DNA from: Perkinsela sp. CCAP 1560/9
Lineage: Eukaryota; Protista; Euglenozoa: Kinetoplastea
Reading direction: 5' to 3'
Assembly: GCA_965644495.1 (NCBI GenBank)
Contig: CBFFSA010000004.1
Span: forward strand, 930,001 to 994,000
DNA: 64,000 nt
Shown: positions 1 through 10,036 of the stretch, one piece after another
Layout of the letters: each line of letters starts with the position of its first letter
How positions within the stretch are numbered: position 1 is the first letter of the stretch
Program-made: the position numbers and the translations under genes
Notes under the pieces: generated by a model
Database searches by the model: none
Told to the model about the DNA's origin: nothing
The model's input: only the letters and a program-made list of their open reading frames with translations

Positions 1-824
1 CCCCGTTGTTGGAGTACATCCGACTGGATCATAATCAATTCACCGGACCCGTGGAGCTGCGGAATTTGCCCAAGACCCTGCAGGATTTGTATCTGGACCA
101 CAACGCGCTGAGCGGTCACCTGTGCCTCAGTGCGCTCCCCCCGTCGCTGGAGTATGTCCGGCTGGAGCATAACGCGTTCGAGGGAGCGGTGGATTTCACC
201 CGACTCCCGGAGGCGCTGAGTGATATCTACGTGGACCATAACCGGTTAAGCGGGGCGTTGGATTTGACCCATCTCCCGCCTCGATTGGCGTATGCGCACC
301 TGGAGAAGAATGAGTTTAGTGGAGGGTTGGGGCTGGATAACCTTCCGCCGGGTTTATCTTTTCTTCGGGTCGATCATAATAATTTGACCGGGGGGCTGGG
401 TTTGCGACATCTGCCACTGGAGATGGAGACGCTTTATGTGAACCATAACGAGTTCGAGGGGGGCGTGGATCTAACCGGGCTACCTGGCCAACTTCTGGAT
501 CTGCGGGTGGACCACAATAGGCTGAGTGGGCCGGTGCAATTCGAGATACTTCCCGGTGGGCTGCAGATGCTTCGACTGGACCATAATCGGCTCACAGGGC
601 CGGTGAATTTGGCGAACCTGCCGCCCGCCCTTACATCGCTTCGGTTAGAGTATAATCAACTCGACGGGATCGCGGATCTGCGACATTTGCCCAACGGAAT
701 GCTAGAGGTGAACTTGCGAAATAATGACTTCGTGGCGTTTGAGAAACCAGAGATTCCCCCTTTGCTGTGCGTATTCCGATTGGGATCATCACACTCCAAA
801 AAAAAGAGGACTGTGAAGCGATGA
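1..824 (+). CDS. Leucine-rich repeat protein, 5'-truncated at the window edge
   Basis: About 11 tandem 24-aa repeats of the form LPxxLxxLxLDHNxLxGxVDLxx. The ORF has no ATG at its start and runs off the window edge. Confidence 0.9.
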   Translation, partial: PLLEYIRLDHNQFTGPVELRNLPKTLQDLYLDHNALSGHLCLSALPPSLEYVRLEHNAFEGAVDFTRLPEALSDIYVDHNRLSGALDLTHLPPRLAYAHLEKNEFSGGLGLDNLPPGLSFLRVDHNNLTGGLGLRHLPLEMETLYVNHNEFEGGVDLTGLPGQLLDLRVDHNRLSGPVQFEILPGGLQMLRLDHNRLTGPVNLANLPPALTSLRLEYNQLDGIADLRHLPNGMLEVNLRNNDFVAFEKPEIPPLLCVFRLGSSHSKKKRTVKR

Positions 825-1061
825 GGTGCATAGGGGTACGACTGCGCATAGGGGTACAACCCTAATTTTGTAGAGTACGTTGTTTAAGAATAATGGATAC
901 AGGTTTACAGAAACGGAGTGAGAAATGGGGATTTTGGTATTGTGTCAACAAGTTTCATTGTTTGTGTAATTGATTCTCTTTGTATTATCTTGCTCATGGT
1001 TTTCGGTTTGTCCTTTTACAAACCATAGACTTCTGCCTACTTGCATTGCTTCGCTAGGACA

Positions 1062-1676
1062 ATGCCGACCTTGGAGCCTGTCTTGGAATATCTTTTCGGT
1101 CCCGCTCCTGGACATGAGTACGATGACGATGGACAGACGTGTTCTGTTTGCATTGACTTTTGCGCCGCCGAAACCGACCGTTTCGAGAGAGAGCTGGGTG
1201 TTGTCCCCTGGGGAAGTGCTTTCTCTCGCCAACGTGAGGCCACGCGAGGGAGGCTGCGCGAAGTTGAGCGCTGTCGTCGCTATTGTCAGCAATATCTTAC
1301 ACTCTGTAAAACACAAAATGTAGAGCGAAACGAGCTGCAGAACTCCAAAAATGAAGAAAAAACGTCACTGGAGACTACCAGCGAATGTGCTTCTTCATAC
1401 CGCTTGTGGAAAAATTATCTTTTTGTCCTGCGTAACCGACCCACGACTATGGAGATTTATGCTCCTACCAATTTGTCGCCCAACATGCGTGGACGCGATG
1501 CATTGCCAAATCAGAAACCCACTCAAGAACAGCAACCGAGGCCTGACTTTGCAAAGAGCTTAGCAGAATTAAAGCAAAAACATTTTCGAGCCATTGGAGA
1601 GAATGATACTTCACCTATCACTCTGGCAGATCAACACGCCACAATACCCATTGAAGCGAGGGATCTTACAAAATAA
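1062..1676 (+). CDS. Hypothetical protein
   Basis: Codirectional ORF of ~204 aa from the first ATG, with a CxxC motif; no family recognised. Confidence 0.4.
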   Translation: MPTLEPVLEYLFGPAPGHEYDDDGQTCSVCIDFCAAETDRFERELGVVPWGSAFSRQREATRGRLREVERCRRYCQQYLTLCKTQNVERNELQNSKNEEKTSLETTSECASSYRLWKNYLFVLRNRPTTMEIYAPTNLSPNMRGRDALPNQKPTQEQQPRPDFAKSLAELKQKHFRAIGENDTSPITLADQHATIPIEARDLTK

Positions 1677-1860
1677 TGTGCGAGAAACGTGTTTCGCTGT
1701 GCAGATTGAAAGCACTTTATTCATCATGAATCACAGCGAGATCCACATCCCTTCAATTATTCTTCCGAAATGCTGCACGGAGGTAGTACATTGTATCGTG
1801 TTCCAATGATGTTTTACATACAGGAAACATACCGTCCCCTCACTATTTTCTTTTTCGTAT

Positions 1861-2166
1861 CTGCACCCCTACTTTAAACCAGGGTCCGAAAAACTCCAAA
1901 AACTATTTTCTTTCATTTCAACTCGATATTCAATTACATTGAAGGTTACGCATTGGCTCTTCTCTTATCGAAGTATCGAGCAAAATGACTCTAAGATGGA
2001 TCTTTTAGGTCTTTTTTCGAAGCGGCGCAAGTTTTCTTTTGTCCCCTTTTTCTTCGCGTAGTTTTCGAAAAATCGGACCCCCCTGTTTGTACTTCCAAAA
2101 GTCAGGTTCCCCCTTTGTACTTCCAAAAGTACAGAAACCGGCGGAAGTATAAAGGGGGGGTAACAG
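1861..2166. mobile_element. Possible degenerate MITE remnant
   Basis: Direct repeat TTTGTACTTCCAAAAGT x2 (~2086-2130) and inverted GGGTCCGA/TCGGACCC. The right end, read in reverse (CTGTTAC-polyC-TTTA), resembles the solo end CTGTGAC-polyC-TTTA at 60956. Confidence 0.3.
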
Positions 2167-2328
2167 CAATTAGATCTAGTACCTTAATTTATTTACCTTA
2201 ATATCTGTTTCGACGGTAAGCGACGAAAAATGAAAATTTATTTCTATAGTATCTAATAATAGGGCGGCGGTAATTTCAGTTTTTAGAATCATTTTCTCCA
2301 TTTTGAAAACTTTGCGTCTTCCGATTTC

Positions 2329-3294
2329 ATGCCTGAATTCAACGCCCCTCAATCATGTCCTCCCGATGTGGAGACCAAATATTTTGCCCAACGATATGAA
2401 CTCTGGTCGAAATACGACAGCGGTGTAGCGATTGACACCGAGAGTTGGTACAGCGCCACCCCGGAATCCATTGCGACACACATAGCATCGCGATGTTGGA
2501 AATGGTATGGCAGTCGGTGCACTGAAAGCACAACGCAAGAGTCACGGATAGCGGCACAACCATCTTCCCTAGCACTGGGAAATGAAAAAAATGGACCTCA
2601 GCTCACATTTGTTGACGGAATGTGCGGATGTGGCTCCAACGCTATACAGCTTGCCTTGTTTTTTGACAAGATAATAGCAGTAGACATTGACCCACGAAAG
2701 ATAGAGATGGCGCAACACAATGCAAAAATTTATGGGGTAGCCAAAAAAATTGAGTTTCATACGTCGGACGTATTCGAACTCCTCGAGAACGAACTCTTGC
2801 CAAGGTTTCAGAAATCTAATGAAGAAACCCAACAGGGTGGGCAGGAAGAACTCTGTGGAGTATTTTTATCCCCACCCTGGGGTGGCCCGTTGTATTCTTT
2901 GACTGCGTATTATGATTTGCGAGATACCAACCCTAGCACGCTTGACTTGGTGGCAGCGTGCAGAGGACTCACCCCGAATGTCGTATTATACCTTCCACGC
3001 AACATTCGTGCCGAACAAGCCACCTTGTTGGCCCACCCTCCTACTCAGTTACCTCTGTGTTGCATTGAACATTGTATGATACGTCCCCCGAAAGCAAAGG
3101 CTACCGTGGTGTATTATTTTGACGCTCATTTGCCTACGGAAAGACTCGTACGCAGTGTTCCGACGCCCAGCGACGCCTCCCAGTGGCCCTCGGGTGTCCT
3201 TCCTAGCCCGATTCGTGGAGATGAACTTGAAAAATCCATGCGAGACTATGTTGGTCAGCTGATCCAGAATGTACGGATCAAGACCAACAAATAG
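2329..3294 (+). CDS. TGS1: Trimethylguanosine synthase (RNA cap guanine-N2 methyltransferase)
   Basis: Motifs DTESWYSATPESIA, SAM-binding DGMCGCGSNAIQLA, DIDPRKIEMAQHNAKIYGV and FLSPPWGGP. Confidence 0.93.
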   Translation: MPEFNAPQSCPPDVETKYFAQRYELWSKYDSGVAIDTESWYSATPESIATHIASRCWKWYGSRCTESTTQESRIAAQPSSLALGNEKNGPQLTFVDGMCGCGSNAIQLALFFDKIIAVDIDPRKIEMAQHNAKIYGVAKKIEFHTSDVFELLENELLPRFQKSNEETQQGGQEELCGVFLSPPWGGPLYSLTAYYDLRDTNPSTLDLVAACRGLTPNVVLYLPRNIRAEQATLLAHPPTQLPLCCIEHCMIRPPKAKATVVYYFDAHLPTERLVRSVPTPSDASQWPSGVLPSPIRGDELEKSMRDYVGQLIQNVRIKTNK

Positions 3295-3608
3295 AGATGA
3301 CACGTTGCGGTATCGCACTCTGTTTTTCATCACTTTCGGTTACTGGGGATATGACCCGCATACCGTGAGACTGTCTCTTTGATTGTGATGTGTCAACACT
3401 TGCATTACGGCTTCGCTTGTCCCTTTTCGGTCATCCACATAGGAGAACCAGTATGATGCTTTCTCCACACTTCAACTACTGTAGAGAGGTGGTTTTTCAA
3501 GAAAGTGAAGTGCGGCCGTTTCGCGTCGAATACGGTGGCGTTCAGCGGCATTTCCCAGTACAGCGTTCGTGCCATCTGCCTTATTCATTTTGACATACAC
3601 ATTGTATA

Positions 3609-4316
3609 CAGTCCAGGTATTGGTTTCCCCCCCAGGCTCCAGAGCGCGCCGTAAGAGCTTTTGACCTGATTCCTTCGGCATTCAACAGATCTCGAAAAAC
3701 TAGAGCGTTTCCCACAGTTGCTTTGCCCATCACCCCCCCTGGGTCCTAGGTGGGCGTGGTGAAAGTTGGCAAATTTCAAAAAAAAATATTTTCGAGGGGG
3801 GGTAAAAAATGAAAAAAATGTGTATAGATTCCTATATATTAATACCTACAATGGTCTCCTTGAACGCTCCGCACAATTCGCAAGCGTTTAGGAACTGAAT
3901 TTACACAAATTAAGAATTGGCGTCGATAAGGATGACGCTTAAGCATCACAAATGGCTTTCTTTATCGCCCTCCGGAGCTGTTTTTCGGTCCCTGGTTTCA
4001 AATTTTCTTTTACAATTCGGTCAAGGCGCTCTGGGAGTGCATTTCGTGACGTTTTATGGGTAATAGGGGGTATCTTGCTTTTCGGCGAGTTGTACTGGCC
4101 TTTAGTACTGGTCTTTAGTAGATTTGATGGGAGTATCCCTCGAATTCATAGAATGAGAAACCATATTTGAATGAAAAACTCCCAGTAGGTCTGATAGGCA
4201 AACAAACGGCGGGAAACGCTCTAGTTTTTCAAGATCTGTTGAATGCCGAAGGAATTAGGTCAAAAGCTCTTACGGTGTGTTCTGGAGCCTGGGGGGGAAA
4301 ACCAGTACCTGGACTG
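3609..4316. mobile_element. Tc1/mariner-type non-autonomous element (MITE-1), 708 bp
   Basis: Imperfect TIRs of ~130 bp (CAGTCCAGGTA...TACCTGGACTG), with TA on both sides (3607-8, 4317-8). A decayed HTH-like peptide (LRTIRKRLGTEFTQIKNWRR) lies in the interior. Confidence 0.88.
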
Positions 4317-4498
4317 TATATACATTGTATCCCTGTCAGATAATCTGGTATAATCACTGTTAGATAGGGGAAACCGAAGCTAATTTTCAACGGGCAATTT
4401 ACTTGTACTACGGTTTGATTCTGCAATTCTCTTGGTTCTACGGCTTACTGCAATAGACATTTTCTCATTTTTCTCATACGCGTGAAAAAAGTAGGTTG

Positions 4499-5734
4499 AT
4501 GGATGAGTGCGAGGAGCTGCCAACTCGACGGGGGCGCGTCACGGGTAATCTCCCACAAGAAATTACACTCATGCGGGTGATAGCAGAAATAGAAAACCCT
4601 CACTACAGCTGGTCCGCAGAAACTCCGGCAAGTAAATGGGACGGAGTGTCTTGTGAATCGACGGGTGAAATTTACAAAATCTCGTGGAAAGGATTCGCGT
4701 TTCGTGGCAAACTGCGCTGGGAACTTTTGGCCGAGAAAGCTTGTATCGTAGAGGTTACCGCTGGGTGGCGGTGTAGCCGATACTTTTCCAGCAACTTCCT
4801 GACTGGAGTTTTACCCACGGCGAGCCTTCCGAATAGGTTACATACCTTGGACGCTAGTTATGGTACAGTGATGGGACACGTCGACCTATGTACTCTCCCT
4901 CCTGAACTGTTGTCTCTGAGGAACTGTTGTCTCTAAAGATACAGTTTCTGTACCTTGTTGGTACATTTTCCCTTTAGTTCATCTTTTCTTTCCCCGGCAA
5001 CGGGCATAATCTTACTGTTTTATATGCCCGTTGCCGGCCGGCACTAAGGCCGAAACTGTCCCTCTTTCTCGGCGAAGTAGGGGACGCGCTTCCACCCCAT
5101 CACCCCTCCCCGGCTCACTCCTTGAGTGGGTTTTCTTCCCTCCCCGGCTTTCTTCCCTTCGCGCCCTTTTCTTCCCGGGGAGCCATGCGCCATGGTGGCC
5201 TCCCTTGAGGACCACTGGGCGTGGCTCTGCCTCGCAATATCGCGAGGCAGCGGTCGGTTGCAGTGCGCCCCTCCGGCTGCGTAAAGAGGTGGTGAGTTGC
5301 CTGGACCACCTCTACCGACTAGGACCGAGTCGGTTGCAGTGCGCCCCTCCGGCTGCGTAAAGAGAGGGCGAGTTGCCTGGACCCCCTCTACCGACAGAGT
5401 CCGAGCTAAACCCCCTTGGTGCGACATCCGTCAATACGGATTGTGCCGATGATATCGGCTGTCGCATCAAGGGCTGTATCTCTGCGCCAACGAGCGCATG
5501 AACATCAAAATGAATGAAAATTACCTCGAAGGGCCCCTCGATTTTACAAAATTGCCAGCGAGCTTACTTTTTTTGTCACTTACAAGCTTCTCCTGTAAGG
5601 TAAACTATGGAGTAGTTGACTTTACTGCTTTGCCGAAAAAATTAACAAGTATACTCTTAATTGGTTCCAAGGTCATACCGAAGGACGGCATTATACCCGA
5701 TATTGTCAAAATGAGCTCAGGATATTCACTTTGA
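4499..5734 (+). pseudogene. LRR-family gene split by a ~560-bp insertion
   Basis: The N-half (4499-4936) has a cap homologous to the LRR gene at 52345 (MDE..P.tR.G+V...LPQE). The C-half (5498-5734) continues LRR repeats in the same frame. A 14-bp duplication GAACTGTTGTCTCT (4904, 4921) sits at the left breakpoint. Confidence 0.75.
4937..5481 (+). other. Highly structured GC-rich insertion (candidate mobile structured RNA or retroposon)
   Basis: Bounded by the 8-bp inverted repeat AGATACAG/CTGTATCT. Contains a perfect 15-bp stem (4994-5037), further hairpins, two 67-nt three-way-junction repeats (5253-5319, 5329-5395) and a T-shaped fold (5413-5473). Confidence 0.6.
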
Positions 5735-5778
5735 AGAAGTGTTAGTTGGAGAACAATACATGCATGTATAAAAGAAGA

Positions 5779-5816
5779 GTACATGTATGTACATGTACAT
5801 GTACATGTGTTACATG
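5779..5816. repeat. (TACATG)n microsatellite
   Basis: gtacatgtatgtacatgtacatgtacatgtgttacatg. Confidence 0.8.
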
Positions 5817-5994
5817 CTGTATAGATACTATGTAGTGTAGTAGATACCAAGGTTTAAATTGTTGCAATGCTGTACTGTGTGTACTGTACGTACAACTGTA
5901 CTGTTACTGTTTGTATACAGTAGTGTTTGTATTATTGTATATTATTCCACAATATCATTGTGTGTCATATCCTGCGTATTTAACTATTTTCTAT

Positions 5995-7515
5995 ATGGAC
6001 TCACGTGGATTTCTTCTGTCACCCTCGGTCCCACCTGTTTCATGGTCTTACGAGCTTTCCCCCTCCCCATCGCTTTCCCCGCACGCCGATATTCCCTTAT
6101 GTCACACGATCTCCTCTACGATGCCTCACTATCCATGTGTCCCGACAACCTCATTCGATGCCCCGAACATGAGCTCAGACCCTTTCCAAGAAGGGTATCC
6201 GTGCATAGTAACTCCCATACGTGATTTGTCGCTGTCACCTCCGGTCCCTGTGCAACCGGACCCTGTTCCTCTTGTCGCACTAGCTGGCCGCATCGTCTCG
6301 TTGAGCAAAGAAGAGTCCGGCTCTCGTCTACTTCTTCGTATTCTCCAAGACGCCACTAGGGGGGATATTGAAACCGTTTACTCGGAGTTTCAGGTGCTAA
6401 CGGAAACACAATTAAGCGATCTACTAACCCGGCGACACGCGGCTTCCGTTTTCCAACGTATTTTTGAGTTGTGCGATTGTACACAACGATCCAAATTGAT
6501 TGAACTGCTCGCACCTTCCATACGGATGTTAGGATGCAATGAGCGCGGTACTTATCCAATTCGGAAAGTCGTAGAAAGTCTCGAATCTGTTGATCAAGCA
6601 TCAGTTTTTTTGAAGTACCTGTGTGCGACGAACGAAAACCACACCACTGAGTTTCCTTTACTAAGAACATTACGGGACAGAAATGGAGCCCACGTAATTC
6701 GTAGACTTCTCCAACGGATAAAACATAAGGGTTGGCTCTGTGAGTTTCCTGACCTACTCGACCCCTTTCTGCATCAAATTGTGTCTGCATTAGTGTATTT
6801 GGCTAAATCTGCAGAGGGTTGCAGTTTACTCGAATATCTGTTTTCTATGCTCCCATCCCAGAGCAAAGCTTTTCTTGTGGGACACGTACTCGAGAATACG
6901 GGAGAATTTTTAACTGATCCTTACGGCATCACTCTGCTTAGTTACATTTTAGATTTCTCTTCAGAGTACGTTACTGCTCACATTTCCCGTACTCTATTAA
7001 AATTTGCGGACGACAAGAGTGCTTTGTCTTCGTTCATATCGCGTGATCACAGTGCTCAGTTCGTCATTAAATTATTCGCGTCTGCTTCTACTGATATTCG
7101 GGACTTGATAATACTTTGGTTCGTTGAGCACGCGTCGGAAAGTCATTCTAGCATGGATTTAATGTACTTTGTGCAGAGTATAGCAAACCACTGTACTGAT
7201 CGACAAAAAGGCGTCCTCTATTTGAGCATTTCTTCTGTTCGCGAACATGGAACCTCAGAAGGCCAGACAGGAGTGGTTGAGAATGCTGGCATCCTTGACA
7301 GAAAAAGTAGGGAAGAACATAACTACACTAACGTTCCTCACTCCATTGAACTTCGATACCCTGCGCCCACACTCGATTCCGAAAAGCAGACATCGCACAG
7401 TTTTCCATACTTTGAAGCCAGTACCGAGGAAACATTAAAACCATATTACGTAACATTTTTACCTCCAGAATTTAATAAACGAGCTTTTGCAAGTAACCTT
7501 GCTTTCCAATCATAA
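5995..7515 (+). CDS. Pumilio/PUF-repeat RNA-binding protein
   Basis: PUF-like repeats (LSKEESGSRLLL, LGCNERGTYPIRKVVE, LRDRNGAHVIRRLL, LTDPYGITLLSYIL). First ATG at 5995. Confidence 0.8.
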   Translation: MDSRGFLLSPSVPPVSWSYELSPSPSLSPHADIPLCHTISSTMPHYPCVPTTSFDAPNMSSDPFQEGYPCIVTPIRDLSLSPPVPVQPDPVPLVALAGRIVSLSKEESGSRLLLRILQDATRGDIETVYSEFQVLTETQLSDLLTRRHAASVFQRIFELCDCTQRSKLIELLAPSIRMLGCNERGTYPIRKVVESLESVDQASVFLKYLCATNENHTTEFPLLRTLRDRNGAHVIRRLLQRIKHKGWLCEFPDLLDPFLHQIVSALVYLAKSAEGCSLLEYLFSMLPSQSKAFLVGHVLENTGEFLTDPYGITLLSYILDFSSEYVTAHISRTLLKFADDKSALSSFISRDHSAQFVIKLFASASTDIRDLIILWFVEHASESHSSMDLMYFVQSIANHCTDRQKGVLYLSISSVREHGTSEGQTGVVENAGILDRKSREEHNYTNVPHSIELRYPAPTLDSEKQTSHSFPYFEASTEETLKPYYVTFLPPEFNKRAFASNLAFQS

Positions 7516-7984
7516 AGTCTGTCCCAGAGTCACGCATGAGCATTCAAGGAGAAGTTTATCCGCAACGAAGGGGTCGGATGTCCATGAGCGGGGATAGAGC
7601 TGAGATCACAAGAGATCACACAAACAAACAGCACGAAAAAAAAATGTGCTCTACAGCACAAAAAATGGCGCATAATCTTTCCCATTGTCTCTCTCCCATT
7701 ATGCGCTCCAGATAAAACTCAAACTGAGATACCGTGAGATCACATGAATTTACACCCCTTGCCTAAATGTAATGCAGTTTTCTTAACTTCATGTACCATG
7801 TGTAGTCATAAGTAGGGTCAAATTAGATTTATTTTTAGATGGTAAGAAAAGGAATCGCAACCCTTCTACTAGAAGTGTTCAAATGGGAACAGAAACAAAT
7901 GTATTTAGAAGCATTTTTAATTTCTTCAGAAGACTGTCAATGAAACCCAAGCAATGCACGCCAAAGAAATCAATGCTTTAAAGA

Positions 7985-9838
7985 ATGCCTCGAACAAGAA
8001 ATAAGAAACGGAGACTGTCAGAAACTGAGAACCATGTAAAAGGAAATGTTCTTCTTCGCAGATTGCCTACATTGCAGGAAAGTGACCTCAAAGTTGCTGC
8101 AGATGATGTGCTCTTCGTTACGTGGGAACAGCTTCCTTTACACCCGGATCTTCGTCGAGCACTTCAACGCGCGATTCACCTTTCACATGCGACGCATTGC
8201 CAGGCTTTGTCTTTTTTTGCCCTCCAAGTGATCGGAAGCTCTGCGGTTGTAGAAGCTCACACGGGGTGTGGAAAAACTCTGGGGTTTCTTATTCCCGTTT
8301 TGCACCGCTTGCTGTCGTATAACCTCAACTATGAACGCGCACACGATGGCCAGCCATATCGCCGTAATCAGACCCACGCTGTTGTTGTTTCTCCGTGCAC
8401 GTTTCTTGTGGAACAATCCTACCTCGTGGCAAAGCAACTAACGTCAAGCTTGCCATACGATATTACCCCTGTGCTTCGCACTGGGCATTCAGAAGGTAAA
8501 ACGAAGGCATCGACAACAAAAAACGAACTAGGACAGAAGACCCGGGGAGGTGGTGTGATTCTTTTTACTACACCAGCTGAGTTAGAAAAGTGTATGCGAT
8601 GTTACGACGAGCATGGCGCTAAGACAGACGAAATATTTTCCCGCAGCCACGAAGGGGGGGAGCGTACGCTGTTACTAATCCTTGATGAAGCAGATGTATT
8701 GCTAGAAGATAAACAGCGAATGTCTGATATTCTTAGGAATATTGATATCTTTACAAATGATGGCACAACCGGGGCGACACTCATTGATAATACGAAGCAT
8801 TCGCAACGAATCGATTTTGGGCTTTTTGGTGCCACGTGCCTCCACTCAAACGCCGTGGCTGATTTTCTTAGTTTACGAGGCCTCGATATGTCTGAGCAGA
8901 ACCGCAACATCTTTGTGTCTGATCGAATACTTTCGAATCAAGGAGATAAACCTGAAAACGAAAAAGGCATTTACAGTATCTCACAGAGTTCAAATTTATG
9001 CAGAAATTCAGATATTAATGGTGAAGATCCTGTATTCGAGAGTCTTTGTGAGGTTGTGGACACTATTTTTACTCATAAATTGGACCAGAAAGATCCATCC
9101 ATGCCTCTTGTACGTATCTTAAAACACCCTCCCTGGTCCGTAATACAGCTCCAAAATGAGACAGCGCTGGAAGCCCGTCTATCAAATCGGTACGTGCTGT
9201 TTTCTGCTCCTACGTTTTCTTATGACATGAGTTATCTGGTCCATGTTTTAAATTTGCACCCCTCACAAAAGCACATTGTCTTTTGTGCCAATGGACGGCG
9301 CGCAGAGCTTGTCGGACGAAGGCTTCAGCTGGCGAGTGAGCATAAATGGCTGGCATTTTCAGGAGCTGCAATCATAACCTTTCATGAACAGTTGAAATCA
9401 ACCGTACGGCAGGAGAGATATCTGAATTTTCTTAATCATGAGGTGCACGTTTCAGCGAGGTTCAATAGAGTTAATTTATTTCCTACAACTGATGCAAAAC
9501 ACGGTGCTGTTTTAGTTACAACGGATCTAGCTGCTCACGGTCTCGATATTCGCGATGTAAGCTACGTGATTCATTTTGATATCCCTACTTCAGCAAAGTC
9601 CTATGCCCACCGAGTCGGTCGAGTGGCTCGCATGGGCCTGAGTGGCACAAACATTGTGATGCTTTCACATGGGAGAGTGGGTTACACTTCCAATGAATCA
9701 AATAACATCCGTACATTAGATGCATGTAAAAATCTTGTGGAAGACATGCGTAAGGTCATTGAAATTTGCCCATGGGAGCTTAAGGATGTCATGCAGTTCG
9801 ATTTTCGTGATACTGAAACGAAGATATCCAACAAATGA
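7985..9838 (+). CDS. DEAD-box RNA helicase (SPB4/DDX55-like, divergent)
   Basis: Motifs AHTGCGKT, LDEAD, GLFGAT, TDLAAHGLD and HRVGRVARMG. Confidence 0.85.
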   Translation: MPRTRNKKRRLSETENHVKGNVLLRRLPTLQESDLKVAADDVLFVTWEQLPLHPDLRRALQRAIHLSHATHCQALSFFALQVIGSSAVVEAHTGCGKTLGFLIPVLHRLLSYNLNYERAHDGQPYRRNQTHAVVVSPCTFLVEQSYLVAKQLTSSLPYDITPVLRTGHSEGKTKASTTKNELGQKTRGGGVILFTTPAELEKCMRCYDEHGAKTDEIFSRSHEGGERTLLLILDEADVLLEDKQRMSDILRNIDIFTNDGTTGATLIDNTKHSQRIDFGLFGATCLHSNAVADFLSLRGLDMSEQNRNIFVSDRILSNQGDKPENEKGIYSISQSSNLCRNSDINGEDPVFESLCEVVDTIFTHKLDQKDPSMPLVRILKHPPWSVIQLQNETALEARLSNRYVLFSAPTFSYDMSYLVHVLNLHPSQKHIVFCANGRRAELVGRRLQLASEHKWLAFSGAAIITFHEQLKSTVRQERYLNFLNHEVHVSARFNRVNLFPTTDAKHGAVLVTTDLAAHGLDIRDVSYVIHFDIPTSAKSYAHRVGRVARMGLSGTNIVMLSHGRVGYTSNESNNIRTLDACKNLVEDMRKVIEICPWELKDVMQFDFRDTETKISNK

Positions 9839-10036
9839 GATACATCAATTGTCCATGTAAGCGTGATTTATATCCTCGAAGAGCCCAATTTCGATATGAC
9901 GTATCCATTCAGATTATCGTAAATCTACTCAAATTATCGTTGATTTACGATTTATAAACACCAAAGGAGCAAACCTTTTAAAGCTTTAATTAAAACTCTT
10001 TCAGATTTCTTTGCATTATTTACCTCTACCTTCACT

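Noticed and set aside
827-865. GCATAGGGGTAC x2 followed by AACCCTAA as a telomeric or regulatory element
   Set aside because: A single telomere-like unit plus a short local duplication; not enough to call.
5036-5056. Hammerhead-like GGCC-loop-GGCC-GAAAC
   Set aside because: The required CUGANGA core upstream of stem II is absent.
5012-5427. ORFs of 64-127 aa within the structured insert
   Set aside because: Overlapping GC-rich ORFs on both strands with no domain signal.
4909-5497. Insert as a spliceosomal GT-AG intron restoring the LRR gene
   Set aside because: The GT (4909, 4912) and AG (5493-4) pairs I tested leave the halves out of frame; a non-canonical intron cannot be excluded without RNA-seq.
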